The notes under the pieces: model-generated
The model's database searches: none
Seen by the model: the letters and a program-made list of their open reading frames with translations, nothing else
What the model was told of the DNA's origin: nothing
Translations under genes and position numbers: made by a program
IMG/VR virus record: IMGVR_UViG_2639762779_000001
Coordinates: 1 to 64,000 of that record
DNA length: 64,000 nt
Origin: a virus
Taxonomy: Duplodnaviria > Caudoviricetes
Strand: one strand, 5' to 3'
Shown: positions 28,881 through 37,750 of the stretch, piece after piece
Numbering within the stretch: position 1 is the first letter of the stretch
How the letters are laid out: each line of letters opens with the position of its first letter

Positions 28881-29144
28881 CTGGGAATTTTCTGGGTTTT
28901 CCGAATTTTCTGATGTTTCCGGAATTTTATCGGCTAGTTTGATTATCAGGATGCTTCGCACAAGTTTTCCAATCACGCGGGGCATCCTCCTCGGTGGCAA
29001 TCCTGTTGGATTCTCCTAGTGCGGTCTTCCCTTGTGGACTCTTTGGGGTGGCCGCACTTTTCTTTGCTGTTTTCCCATTCTTTTGACGGAACATGTTATA
29101 GTGAATATGTCCACATAGTGATAATCGGAAAAAGGAACCCAACA

Positions 29145-29423
29145 TTGACCGAAACCACACCGGTTGAAAACCTCGGCGACTTCATCAGCCGAGTGAAGCC
29201 AGAAACAGTCATCAACCTGTTCTTCAACACCGAAGACGGATTGAAAAGAATCCCGCCCGTCCTGTTCGGCAATCCGACCGCCGAACAGCTGAAGAACAGC
29301 AAATACCTCAAATCCCAGATCATCTCGAGCCGCAAACACTACTGCACCGTTGACATCACCAGCGGCTGGAACGTATACATCGACAGCGTGTTCGATCCGA
29401 ACCAATACGAACTGAAAGCCTGA
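29145..29423 (+). CDS. hypothetical protein
   Basis: TTG start after AAAGGA; behind TATAGT-6 nt-GTCCACAT (29097-29116). Confidence 0.7.
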   Translation: MTETTPVENLGDFISRVKPETVINLFFNTEDGLKRIPPVLFGNPTAEQLKNSKYLKSQIISSRKHYCTVDITSGWNVYIDSVFDPNQYELKA

Positions 29424-29427
29424 ACCC

Positions 29428-30001
29428 ATGCAAACACTCTCCAAGCAGCGTCGCGAGGAACTGCGGACAATACTCCTTTTTTTTTCTGATTCCGCTCATG
29501 CTGCTTTTCCTGCTCATGCTGGTCGCGGGCGTATACATGTTTGCTCTTGACGTTCGAACCAAGTCGCTGTTTGAACTCCTCATAGCGCTCATCGTTCTCG
29601 GACAAGCGCTTGTGAGCCTGGTGTTTCTGAAAAAAGGCTTTGACGTATACGTGTATACCCGATGCTCGTACGAGGCTCGTGACCTGGTGAAAGCCAATCT
29701 TCTGGAACTGGTCACTTGGATGGTTTCCGAACCGAGATTCGGGTCCAATGTTGAGGCTCGTGAAGCTCAGGATGAGGCCCGGCGTTGGCTGGAGGAGCAT
29801 GCCGACAAGCTGGCGGAACCGTTCGAGAACATTCTGGATGAGTTGAATGCCCTATTGAACCTGATGGAGAAGATGGATTCGACCGGCGAATATTATGAGT
29901 GTTTTACCCGGTTCACCGATGAGATGCTTTCCCGTCCTTCCCGTTGCGGGAGGCTGGATGCCGAATACCGGTTGGAGATGTCCGGACTGGCTGGGGCTTG
30001 A
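29428..30001 (+). pseudogene. membrane protein frameshifted at a T9 tract (or assembly error)
   Basis: ATG 29428 joins ORF 29498..30001 if T9 (29477-29485) is T8: MQTLSKQRREELRTILLFFLIPLM... Confidence 0.55.
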
Positions 30002-30015
30002 AAACAGAATAAATA

Positions 30016-30038
30016 TGTTATACTGAGAATGTCCACAT
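30016..30038 (+). promoter_or_regulatory. extended -10 promoter with GTCCACAT
   Basis: TGT-TATACT-6 nt-GTCCACAT. Confidence 0.75.
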
Positions 30039-30064
30039 AAACAATCGAAGAGGAAGCCAAAACC

Positions 30065-30427
30065 ATGACATACTCAGACACCCTGCTCACCGTCGAACAC
30101 CAGACAATCGTCCACACCCAGCATGAACTCGAACAGGAACAGGAATACGAGCAGCAGCTGCAGGACGCGCGCAACGGACTGGGAGACCTTGCTCTTCTGC
30201 CAGAAGCCAACCCAAACAAGCTCGACAGCTACGTAAGCCTGCCCAAGCAAACCAAGTTCAACACCTGCTCCCACGGCCATCTCTACAAAGAAGGCATAAA
30301 AACGCGCATGACCTACCACGATGACGGCAGCGGGGACTGGGTGCTCTGCAGCGATGACCCTGACTACGAGCAATACATCATGGCCGGAAACCCGACACAC
30401 GTTCCAGCAAACCCACTCAACGCCTGA
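30065..30427 (+). CDS. hypothetical protein
   Basis: GAGGA RBS; first gene after the promoter. Confidence 0.6.
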   Translation: MTYSDTLLTVEHQTIVHTQHELEQEQEYEQQLQDARNGLGDLALLPEANPNKLDSYVSLPKQTKFNTCSHGHLYKEGIKTRMTYHDDGSGDWVLCSDDPDYEQYIMAGNPTHVPANPLNA

Positions 30428-30444
30428 ACAGAAAGAACACGATC

Positions 30445-31332
30445 ATGTCCAACAAATCCGCACAAGCGAAACGACAACTCCGCAACGAGGACGGCACGTT
30501 CGCCAACGAGAACAAGAATGCAGGACTGCCATCCAACGACATGATTCAACATGCGAAATCATTACTGGACTCGAAGTCCGAAGCGGAAGAGAACGTGTTG
30601 ACGAGTCCGTTTCTCGCTATGAGCGAGCGAGTTGATTTATGTGAACGGTATCTTGCCGGAGAAGTCGAAGATACAGACGGGACTCTCGAATACCTGACCA
30701 ACCAGGCCAAAACGATTGAAGAGCGTAACGATGGGTCTCAAGTGCTTACTGACACTTGGGATGATGCACGTGACGAGGATATCGAATGGGCAACCCGTCA
30801 ATTCAATGAATTGCATCAAGATTACCCACTAGAACCCGAAGAGGTAATCAAAGCGAAGAGGGCATACCAGGATGGAACTCTTGCATCCTTGGATCTTACA
30901 CACTGCCAAGTGATGGACGCAGCAGTCGGCCGGTCAATAGGCCCATTGCTACCGGATCCGACATATTCCTCCATCAAGGAATCTCTTTCTCGTGAAATGG
31001 ATAAACCTGTTGCGATGTATGCAAATGTTGCCGATAGATTCTCTTATAGTGTTCAAAATAGTGTCGCACGCCCCGGTGAACCTTGCTGGCATACGCCGCA
31101 AGGCTATGTAAGCATGACTTCTTATCACGCGATCCTCGATGATGGGGGACCGGCATCAGATCGGTATTTCATCTACGTCAACGGAACCGACGAAGACCGC
31201 CGTGAACTTTCACAACATTGGGATGATCGTGACTGGCTTCGCGGACGAGCCGATGAATGTGAACCGGAAGCAACAGGTCGAGCGACAGATTTGTATGTGA
31301 CCACTTATCCGGAACCGGAATACAGGGAGTAA
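30445..31332 (+). CDS. acidic hypothetical protein with conserved N-terminal leader
   Basis: Starts MSNKSAQAKRQLRNEDGTFANENKNAGLPSNDMIQ. Confidence 0.85.
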   Translation: MSNKSAQAKRQLRNEDGTFANENKNAGLPSNDMIQHAKSLLDSKSEAEENVLTSPFLAMSERVDLCERYLAGEVEDTDGTLEYLTNQAKTIEERNDGSQVLTDTWDDARDEDIEWATRQFNELHQDYPLEPEEVIKAKRAYQDGTLASLDLTHCQVMDAAVGRSIGPLLPDPTYSSIKESLSREMDKPVAMYANVADRFSYSVQNSVARPGEPCWHTPQGYVSMTSYHAILDDGGPASDRYFIYVNGTDEDRRELSQHWDDRDWLRGRADECEPEATGRATDLYVTTYPEPEYRE

Positions 31333-31338
31333 GGGAAA

Positions 31339-32091
31339 ATGGATTCACGTAAATCAGCTCAAGCAAAACGACAGCTTCGTACTACGACTGGCGAATTCGC
31401 TAACGAGAACAAGAATGCGGGACTTCCCTCCAACGACATGATTCAGCGTGCCTCCAAATTGTTAGCGAAAAGCTCGGCGACCGTTGATGAGCCGATCATC
31501 AAGCCCTCCGTGAAGTCGGAAGGCTACATGGGATCCACCGCCATCACCGGCGGCAAATACGATGCCAGTCGCACTCCGGCGGAAAACGTGAAACTCATGC
31601 GAGCGGACATCAAAGCGTTGCAGAAGAACGGTGAACTGCCGAAGGATTGGAAGATCGGCGTCCGTACGAACACGAGTTCCATGAATTGGAACGCGCGCTT
31701 CACCATCCAACTGCCGGAAGGCGAATCCTCCACCTATGTGCCGACCCACGCCGAATATCTGGCTGCGGACGAGGAAGACCGGATTATCGGTCCCGAGCAT
31801 AAGGCAGGTCGAGGAATCATCGAAAACCATGGCGGAAGCATTTCCACTGAGGATTGGGATGAGACAGCGCGCCTCATCAACCAGAAAATCCGGAATGGCG
31901 AACAACTATCCACCGCGGAACAGGCCTGCGTCATCGAAACCCCGAAAGTCCGCAACGCGAAGAAACTCTGCCAACAGGTAGGCGAACAGTACACATATCA
32001 GAACAACAACGCCATGGTCGACTACTTCGACACGGACGGATACATCACCGTACGAGCAGTGACCGGAATCAGGAAACCGGAAAAACAATGA
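31339..32091 (+). CDS. LPD29-like polyvalent-protein domain with conserved N-terminal leader
   Basis: Leader, then KLMRADIKAL...KIGVRT and C-terminal YTYQNNNAMVDYFD, recalling LPD29. Confidence 0.75.
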   Translation: MDSRKSAQAKRQLRTTTGEFANENKNAGLPSNDMIQRASKLLAKSSATVDEPIIKPSVKSEGYMGSTAITGGKYDASRTPAENVKLMRADIKALQKNGELPKDWKIGVRTNTSSMNWNARFTIQLPEGESSTYVPTHAEYLAADEEDRIIGPEHKAGRGIIENHGGSISTEDWDETARLINQKIRNGEQLSTAEQACVIETPKVRNAKKLCQQVGEQYTYQNNNAMVDYFDTDGYITVRAVTGIRKPEKQ

Positions 32092-32468
32092 GTGAACCAG
32101 TCCAAAACTTCAACCAGTCGATTCACGTCAAAGGAGCCAAGGAGACTCATTACCCGGTTCCGGGAACCTTGATGCTATGGGGTGACAACTGGACGCTGTT
32201 TGATTGGATTCGTCAGAACACCGACTACAACACGGATACCGAAACGGCAACCGTTGATGCTGACATGTTGGATCGGCTTCACGAATACGCATCCGGCATA
32301 GCCAATCAGAGGGGACGGCGTGACGCACGCCGTGGAGAGGCCGCCTGCATCGTAGAAGGTGTAGAAGCGGTGCAATCCTATCTACGCCGTCACCCAGATT
32401 TGGCATTGGAATTCGCGGTAATCCACTTGGAATCGCATCCGTCCGTCTATGTCAAGGAAGAAGTCTGA
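32088..32468 (+). CDS. hypothetical protein
   Basis: ATGA coupling. Confidence 0.7.
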   Translation: MSEPVQNFNQSIHVKGAKETHYPVPGTLMLWGDNWTLFDWIRQNTDYNTDTETATVDADMLDRLHEYASGIANQRGRRDARRGEAACIVEGVEAVQSYLRRHPDLALEFAVIHLESHPSVYVKEEV

Positions 32469-32470
32469 CA

Positions 32471-33019
32471 TTGGTTGAGAAAATCAACTTGCAACAGGAA
32501 GCATTGAACGCTTTGACGGATACTGCTCTCAGCAGCGAGAAGCCGGGGCAAGCGTTCATCAAAGGCTATTGCTCCCACGCCTACCGTCAACCCAGTCAAG
32601 AGGAGGAGCATGCCGCAGCCGTCATGATGGCGAGGCGCATACGCTCCATCTTCCATCTGGAGGAACCGGACGAAGATGATCTGGTCGGCCAATGCGCATG
32701 CATCTACCGGGATATTCAAACCAGCCTGCATGATGCCTACGACCGGTTCAAAGCCGAAGACGAGCGGCAACTCGTGGAGATTACCGACTACATCGGCCGC
32801 AACTGCCATGAGCTGGAGGGATGCGCCGTCATCTTCACCTGGAAAGGCGAAACGAAAGCCGGAACGCTCCAATACAACGGCATGAGCAATCTCAGCATCC
32901 GCGGATTGGACTATGACACGGATTACGTGCTGGGAGTCTGGCCGGACGGTTCTGTGCATAGCGTCAACAAGAACATATACGACTTGCATGTGTTTGCCAG
33001 CAAAAGGGACAACAGATAG
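32471..33019 (+). CDS. hypothetical protein
   Basis: Tightly packed operon ORF. Confidence 0.7.
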   Translation: MVEKINLQQEALNALTDTALSSEKPGQAFIKGYCSHAYRQPSQEEEHAAAVMMARRIRSIFHLEEPDEDDLVGQCACIYRDIQTSLHDAYDRFKAEDERQLVEITDYIGRNCHELEGCAVIFTWKGETKAGTLQYNGMSNLSIRGLDYDTDYVLGVWPDGSVHSVNKNIYDLHVFASKRDNR

Positions 33020-33021
33020 GC

Positions 33022-33438
33022 ATGGAGACATATTGGAATCCAGCCACGAGGAAAAATGGGCTGTCCGATAAGAACGGCCGTGGTGTATATGCGAGAGAAC
33101 ATAAGCCACTACTCGATAAAGAAATCGCCAAAGTCCGCGAAAAATACGGTAACAAACTGGCCGAGGTGACGTTCGACGAAACAGCACCAAGACAGTTGCG
33201 GAATCGTATCGTCACCGCACCGGTGCAGGTCATCGAACACGATAGGGGCTCATGGTGGGAGCGGACTATCACCGCACGCATCACCGACGGTTCCCTGATT
33301 CCCGTGATTCTCGACCACGTGTACTGGAACTGGCCGGCGGACAGTCCAGCCCACATCGGATTGAACGGCATCAAAACAATTCATCTCATCAACCAGCAGC
33401 AGAAGAAGGAAACAGAGTGGAATACTCACATCCGTTGA
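33022..33438 (+). CDS. hypothetical protein
   Basis: Tightly packed operon ORF. Confidence 0.7.
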   Translation: METYWNPATRKNGLSDKNGRGVYAREHKPLLDKEIAKVREKYGNKLAEVTFDETAPRQLRNRIVTAPVQVIEHDRGSWWERTITARITDGSLIPVILDHVYWNWPADSPAHIGLNGIKTIHLINQQQKKETEWNTHIR

Positions 33439-33734
33439 CCGACGAGGAAGCCAAAACGTTCTTCAAGAACGGGGTGGAGGAGCAGTATTCGCTCACAGCC
33501 AACCCGCAACTGGCAGGCCCCAGCCGATTGTTCGACGAATGGATTGCCGACCACGACCGGCAACTGTTGGAACGGGTCAAATCCGAAGCCACCGAACGAA
33601 TCGGCATGGAAATCAAACTCGAACACAAGACCGGCATGCATACGCGCACGGAACCGTCACGCGCATACATCCAAGGCTGCAAAGCCGGTAAGGAACTTCT
33701 GCTTGAAGCGATAACCGCGGCAGCCGAACACTGA
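33417..33734 (+). CDS. hypothetical protein (phage-like FDxWIAxHD motif)
   Basis: GTG start after AAGGA. Confidence 0.65.
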   Translation: MEYSHPLTDEEAKTFFKNGVEEQYSLTANPQLAGPSRLFDEWIADHDRQLLERVKSEATERIGMEIKLEHKTGMHTRTEPSRAYIQGCKAGKELLLEAITAAAEH

Positions 33735-33757
33735 TACAACGTCACAGGGAAAAAATT

Positions 33758-34123
33758 ATGAAGCAGTATGTCGATTCTTTGAAACAGATCGCGGAAAAAC
33801 ACGAATGGAAGCAGGTTTCCGAAACCGAACACTCCATCACCTATTCGCCTGACGGCATGGACGGTTGGGCGTTCAGCGGTATGAACCTCGAATACGCGCA
33901 GCATCGCCTCGCGTTCTTCCGTAAAAACCGGTTGATCAGCGAAATCAAACTCTACGACCTGCAACTGGCCGAACAGATTATCGACGGATACATGGAAGGC
34001 AGTTTCGTGCCCAGTGGTTTCATTTCCTTGGATACGACCATGCTCCAATGGTGTGAACAAGTGGAAGCCTCCTATCAAGGACAATCCACCGATACGACGG
34101 AGAACGAGCATGGCGAACAATGA
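33758..34123 (+). CDS. hypothetical protein
   Basis: AGGGA RBS. Confidence 0.7.
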   Translation: MKQYVDSLKQIAEKHEWKQVSETEHSITYSPDGMDGWAFSGMNLEYAQHRLAFFRKNRLISEIKLYDLQLAEQIIDGYMEGSFVPSGFISLDTTMLQWCEQVEASYQGQSTDTTENEHGEQ

Positions 34124-34532
34124 CAGCATCGAACCGTTCACCATGCTCGGCGGAATCCTGTACCTGGACGAAACCACACTATTGGACGGGTTGACCGCCA
34201 CAGCCTGCCGGCAGATAGGGCAAATACGTCGGAAAGCCGTAGCCGCCCACTTGGCCGGAGAACAGAAAACCGTCATCTCCTGCGCCAAACAGATCAGCCG
34301 TGCCGTAGAAGCGGACAAGCGTCGTCGCGAACGGCAGGATTCCAGAAAAGGCCATCCCACGCCGAAACGGAAAACGGTACGCAAATCAAAGGATCCCAGT
34401 GTGGAGTCCGAGGTGGAATACCGGCATTTCAGGGAACAGTTCCTAAAGGAAGTCAACGATCCGAAGAAAATACGCGAAGCCGACCGGCTCGCATTCCTCA
34501 GCGGTACGCAAATCATTCTCGAAAACAACTAG
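34110..34532 (+). CDS. hypothetical basic protein
   Basis: Start re-assigned to MANNDS (GGAG RBS). Confidence 0.7.
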   Translation: MANNDSIEPFTMLGGILYLDETTLLDGLTATACRQIGQIRRKAVAAHLAGEQKTVISCAKQISRAVEADKRRRERQDSRKGHPTPKRKTVRKSKDPSVESEVEYRHFREQFLKEVNDPKKIREADRLAFLSGTQIILENN

Positions 34533-34556
34533 CGGAAAACAGAAAGGGAAAAAACC

Positions 34557-34655
34557 ATGAAGCATCCAGTAAGAACACCACTCCTCATCATCCTCGGACT
34601 CATTATGACGGCAATCATCGCCGTCGCTGCCTGTCTTGCAAAAGATCCTGACTAA
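34557..34655 (+). CDS. 32-aa hydrophobic peptide (not in ORF track)
   Basis: MKHPVRTPLLIILGLIMTAIIAVAACLAKDPD; AAGGGA RBS; fills the operon gap. Confidence 0.5.
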   Translation: MKHPVRTPLLIILGLIMTAIIAVAACLAKDPD

Positions 34656-34660
34656 AAAAA

Positions 34661-35515
34661 ATGACCCGATATCACAGTCGAGCCGAACGGGCAGCCGACC
34701 TGTTGCAGTCGCGTCGTTCCACAGTGGATTCCGTTGCCAAGCAGACCGGACTGCCCGTTGACATCGTCCGACAGATCAATGCTCCCATCGCCAAGAAACG
34801 AGCGGAACAGGATGCAGTGGATTCAGCGGAACGAAGTATGAGGCAAGCCGAGGCGAAGATACTCCGAGAACAGTATCCATGCCCACTCTGCACGACAGGA
34901 CATGCGGAACCACATGACTGCGACACGTTTCTCCCCATCGGATTCATGCACGGAGGCGAACACGACGGACAAATGGACGGCTTCTGGTGCCACCCGTACT
35001 TCTGCTCCTGTTCGAACCAACGATGCATCGCCTGCAACGTTTTCCCCAGCGAAAGCAGAGAGGAAGCCGTCGAACGGTTCTGCGCCGGAGACTTCGCCCA
35101 CGAAGATGATTTCATCGAACTGAAAACCGGCAAACGTTACCAATACTCGCGATACGGCATCGAACAGCAAATCCTCCGATACCTAGCACATTGGAGCGCG
35201 GAACAAGTCAAAAGGCTCGGCTTCGACCCGAAGCTCGTGGACACGTTGGCCATGCAACGCGCATTGGATCGCATGGGCAGCAAATACGTTGACGTGTTCG
35301 ACACGACGCTACTATGCCCCAACTGCGGAATGAAAGGCGAATACCGGAAAGCCATCAGTCCAATCACGCACACGAAGACATGGTGGCGGGTTGGCTGTCC
35401 TTATTGCAAAACCAGAACCCGATACTCGTTCCCCAGCCAGAAAGAAGCATCGGAAGCATTCGAGACAGGCAAGTTGGAGAAGAAGCCAGCAATACTACAG
35501 GAAGGAAAACGTTGA
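34661..35515 (+). CDS. HTH plus two Lar-like Zn-finger domains (candidate restriction alleviation)
   Basis: CPLC...CSNQRC...FPSESREEAVERF and CPNCG...VGCPYC...FPSQKEASEAF. Confidence 0.6.
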   Translation: MTRYHSRAERAADLLQSRRSTVDSVAKQTGLPVDIVRQINAPIAKKRAEQDAVDSAERSMRQAEAKILREQYPCPLCTTGHAEPHDCDTFLPIGFMHGGEHDGQMDGFWCHPYFCSCSNQRCIACNVFPSESREEAVERFCAGDFAHEDDFIELKTGKRYQYSRYGIEQQILRYLAHWSAEQVKRLGFDPKLVDTLAMQRALDRMGSKYVDVFDTTLLCPNCGMKGEYRKAISPITHTKTWWRVGCPYCKTRTRYSFPSQKEASEAFETGKLEKKPAILQEGKR

Positions 35516-35970
35516 GCAATTTCTACAAGGCGGGCGCAGCCGCCATGACCTCGAACAAAGACGATTGGGAAACACCTCAAGCCTTGTTCGACCAGTTGGA
35601 CAAGGAGTTCCACTTCACTCTCGATGCCGCCTCAAACGACCAGAACGCGAAGTGCGAACATCACTACACGGCTGAAAATAGCGGTCTCGAGCATTCATGG
35701 GGGGGAGAGACGGTTTTCTGCAATCCTCCCTACGGTCGGAACATCGGCGATTGGATTCGCAAAGCCTCACAGGAAGCCAGCAAGCCGGATACGCTTGTGG
35801 TCCTGTTGGTTCCCGCACGCACTGATACCCGTTGGTTCCAGAACTATATCCTGCATCGTGCGGAAGTCCGGTTTTTGCCCGGCCGTTTGAAGTACGAGGT
35901 GGATGGGCAGGCCGGTGAAGCGGCGCCATTCCCCAGCATGGTCGTGATTATGAGAACAGGAGAGAGATAG
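35512..35970 (+). CDS. phage-type N6-adenine methyltransferase (Dam-like), orphan
   Basis: DDWETPQ, FTLDAAS, VFCNPPYG, LVPARTDT, APFPS motifs. Confidence 0.92.
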   Translation: MSNFYKAGAAAMTSNKDDWETPQALFDQLDKEFHFTLDAASNDQNAKCEHHYTAENSGLEHSWGGETVFCNPPYGRNIGDWIRKASQEASKPDTLVVLLVPARTDTRWFQNYILHRAEVRFLPGRLKYEVDGQAGEAAPFPSMVVIMRTGER

Positions 35971-35973
35971 CGT

Positions 35974-36919
35974 ATGCGCTCCACCGCCGACCTGGTGAAA
36001 GCCCAGAAGAACAAGGCCGACAGTTTCTATACCACAGAGGACATGGTCGAAAAGGAACTATCCCACTACACCGATTCGCTATCGGGGAAGACGATTCTCT
36101 GCAATTGCAATGACGGCGACTGGAGCGCATTCGTCGCATGGTTCCTCGCAAACTCGGAGACTACAGCTGGAGAAACTAATCAGCGTCAGCCACACAATGG
36201 ACGGCGGACTCTTGGGCGAACACGGGAAACTGTACACATGGGCCGTTCCCGATCAGCCACCCAAGATCAAGGAACTCGAAGAGGACGGCGACTTCCGGTC
36301 AGTCGAATGCGAGAACCTGCTGCAGGAAGCCGATGTTGTATGCTCCAACCCGCCGTTCTCCCTTTTCCGGGATTACGTTGACCAGCTTGTCAAGCATTCT
36401 TCGAAGTTTATAATCGTGGGCACCTTGAACGCGGTGACCTATCGGAACGTGTTCCCGCTAATCCAGAAGAACCTCATCCACTTCGGCGTCAGCGTTCACG
36501 GGGGGGGGCGTGCGTTCCATGTACCAGATGATTACCCGTTGGAAGCCGATTCCTGCGGCATAACGGAAGACGGCAGGAAATACATCAAAGTCACCGGCAT
36601 CCGATGGTTCACGAATCTGAACGCCGATATCCCGTTCTTCGAACAACTGGAACTAACCAAAACATATGCAGGCAACGAAGCCTCATATCCAAAATATGAC
36701 GGGTTCGACGCGATCAATGTTGACAAGAGCATTGATGTTCCCATCGATTATCCTGGCGTGATAGGTGTCCCGATTTCGTTCCTGGACAAGCTTGATCCGA
36801 CCGAGTTCGAGATTGTCGGTTTGAGTAAATACGTTCGCGGGGAAAAGGCTGGTTTTTCTGTGAATGGTGAGAGCCGGTACGTGCGATTGCTGATTCGTCG
36901 TGTTGCTCCAAAGAATTAA
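35974..36919 (+). pseudogene. EcoRI-family adenine methyltransferase, split by a +1 frameshift near 36155
   Basis: Frame 1: KADSFYT...ILCNCND; frame 2: GDFRSVEC...CSNPPFSLF...YDGFDAINV...GVPISFLDK. Confidence 0.8.
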
Positions 36920-36921
36920 TA

Positions 36922-36944
36922 TGCTATACTGGATATGTCCACAT
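36922..36944 (+). promoter_or_regulatory. extended -10 promoter with GTCCACAT
   Basis: TGC-TATACT-6 nt-GTCCACAT; TTGCTC 16 nt upstream. Confidence 0.75.
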
Positions 36945-36969
36945 TAAATAATTGAAAGAGGAGAACACC

Positions 36970-37749
36970 ATGACCGACAACGACAAAATCATCGAACGCA
37001 TCCAACAGTTGCTCGCCCTCGCGGAAGACAAAGGCGCCAGCGAAAACGAGGCGACACTCGCATACGAGCAGGCGCAACGCCTGATGCACAAGCACAGTGC
37101 GGAGCAGTGTCAGTTGCGCAACAAGGACAAGCAGTCCCTGCACATCATCAGCAAGACCATTTGGATCAAATACACACCAAACAACAACGACAAGGCCGAT
37201 CTTGCCCGCATCGTGGCGCGAGCCAACCAATGCGAAATCTACTGTCACTGCAACAGTGTGAACACAATTCTAGGCATCGCGTTCGTTGGCACCGAAAAAG
37301 ATATCGAGAAAACGATTCTCCTCTGGCAGTCGATGGAACTGTACCGTGCCTCTCATTGGCGCAAGGCCCGCCGGCGGAAGGCGCTGGACATCCTCGAACA
37401 GAACGACATGCTGGACATGGCCGATGACAAGCCGACGTTCAATATGTTCCTCAAAGGCATCCCCGTTGCTGGTTTCCGTAACGGCTTCTACTCTGGGTTC
37501 CAGCAGCGTCTCAAGGAACGTTTTGCAGAGCTAGAAGACGAGCTTAACTCCACAACGACCGGTAGCGAGCTGGTTACTACAGCCAAGAATGCTGTCAATG
37601 AATACATGAGCGGGATGAACATCGGCTCGTTCATCCCACGCAAACGCCGCATCGACGCAATGGGCTACGATTCGGGACGCGATGCTGCTGAGCATGTGGG
37701 CATGGGTTCTCTTGAGGTTCGCGGTATGATGCCCCGCCTGACCGCCTGA
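36970..37749 (+). CDS. DUF2786 domain protein
   Basis: KIIERIQQLLALAE...ENEA...AQRLMHKH N-terminus; FRNGFYSGF; GYDSGR. Confidence 0.85.
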   Translation: MTDNDKIIERIQQLLALAEDKGASENEATLAYEQAQRLMHKHSAEQCQLRNKDKQSLHIISKTIWIKYTPNNNDKADLARIVARANQCEIYCHCNSVNTILGIAFVGTEKDIEKTILLWQSMELYRASHWRKARRRKALDILEQNDMLDMADDKPTFNMFLKGIPVAGFRNGFYSGFQQRLKERFAELEDELNSTTTGSELVTTAKNAVNEYMSGMNIGSFIPRKRRIDAMGYDSGRDAAEHVGMGSLEVRGMMPRLTA

Positions 37750-37750
37750 T

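Noticed and set aside
35512-36919. Restriction-modification system
   Set aside because: No cognate endonuclease adjacent; both MTases look like orphan protective enzymes.
700-36944. GTCCACAT sites as integron-like cassette recombination sites
   Set aside because: No attC-like hairpins and no tyrosine recombinase in the window; fixed spacing to -10 boxes fits promoters better.
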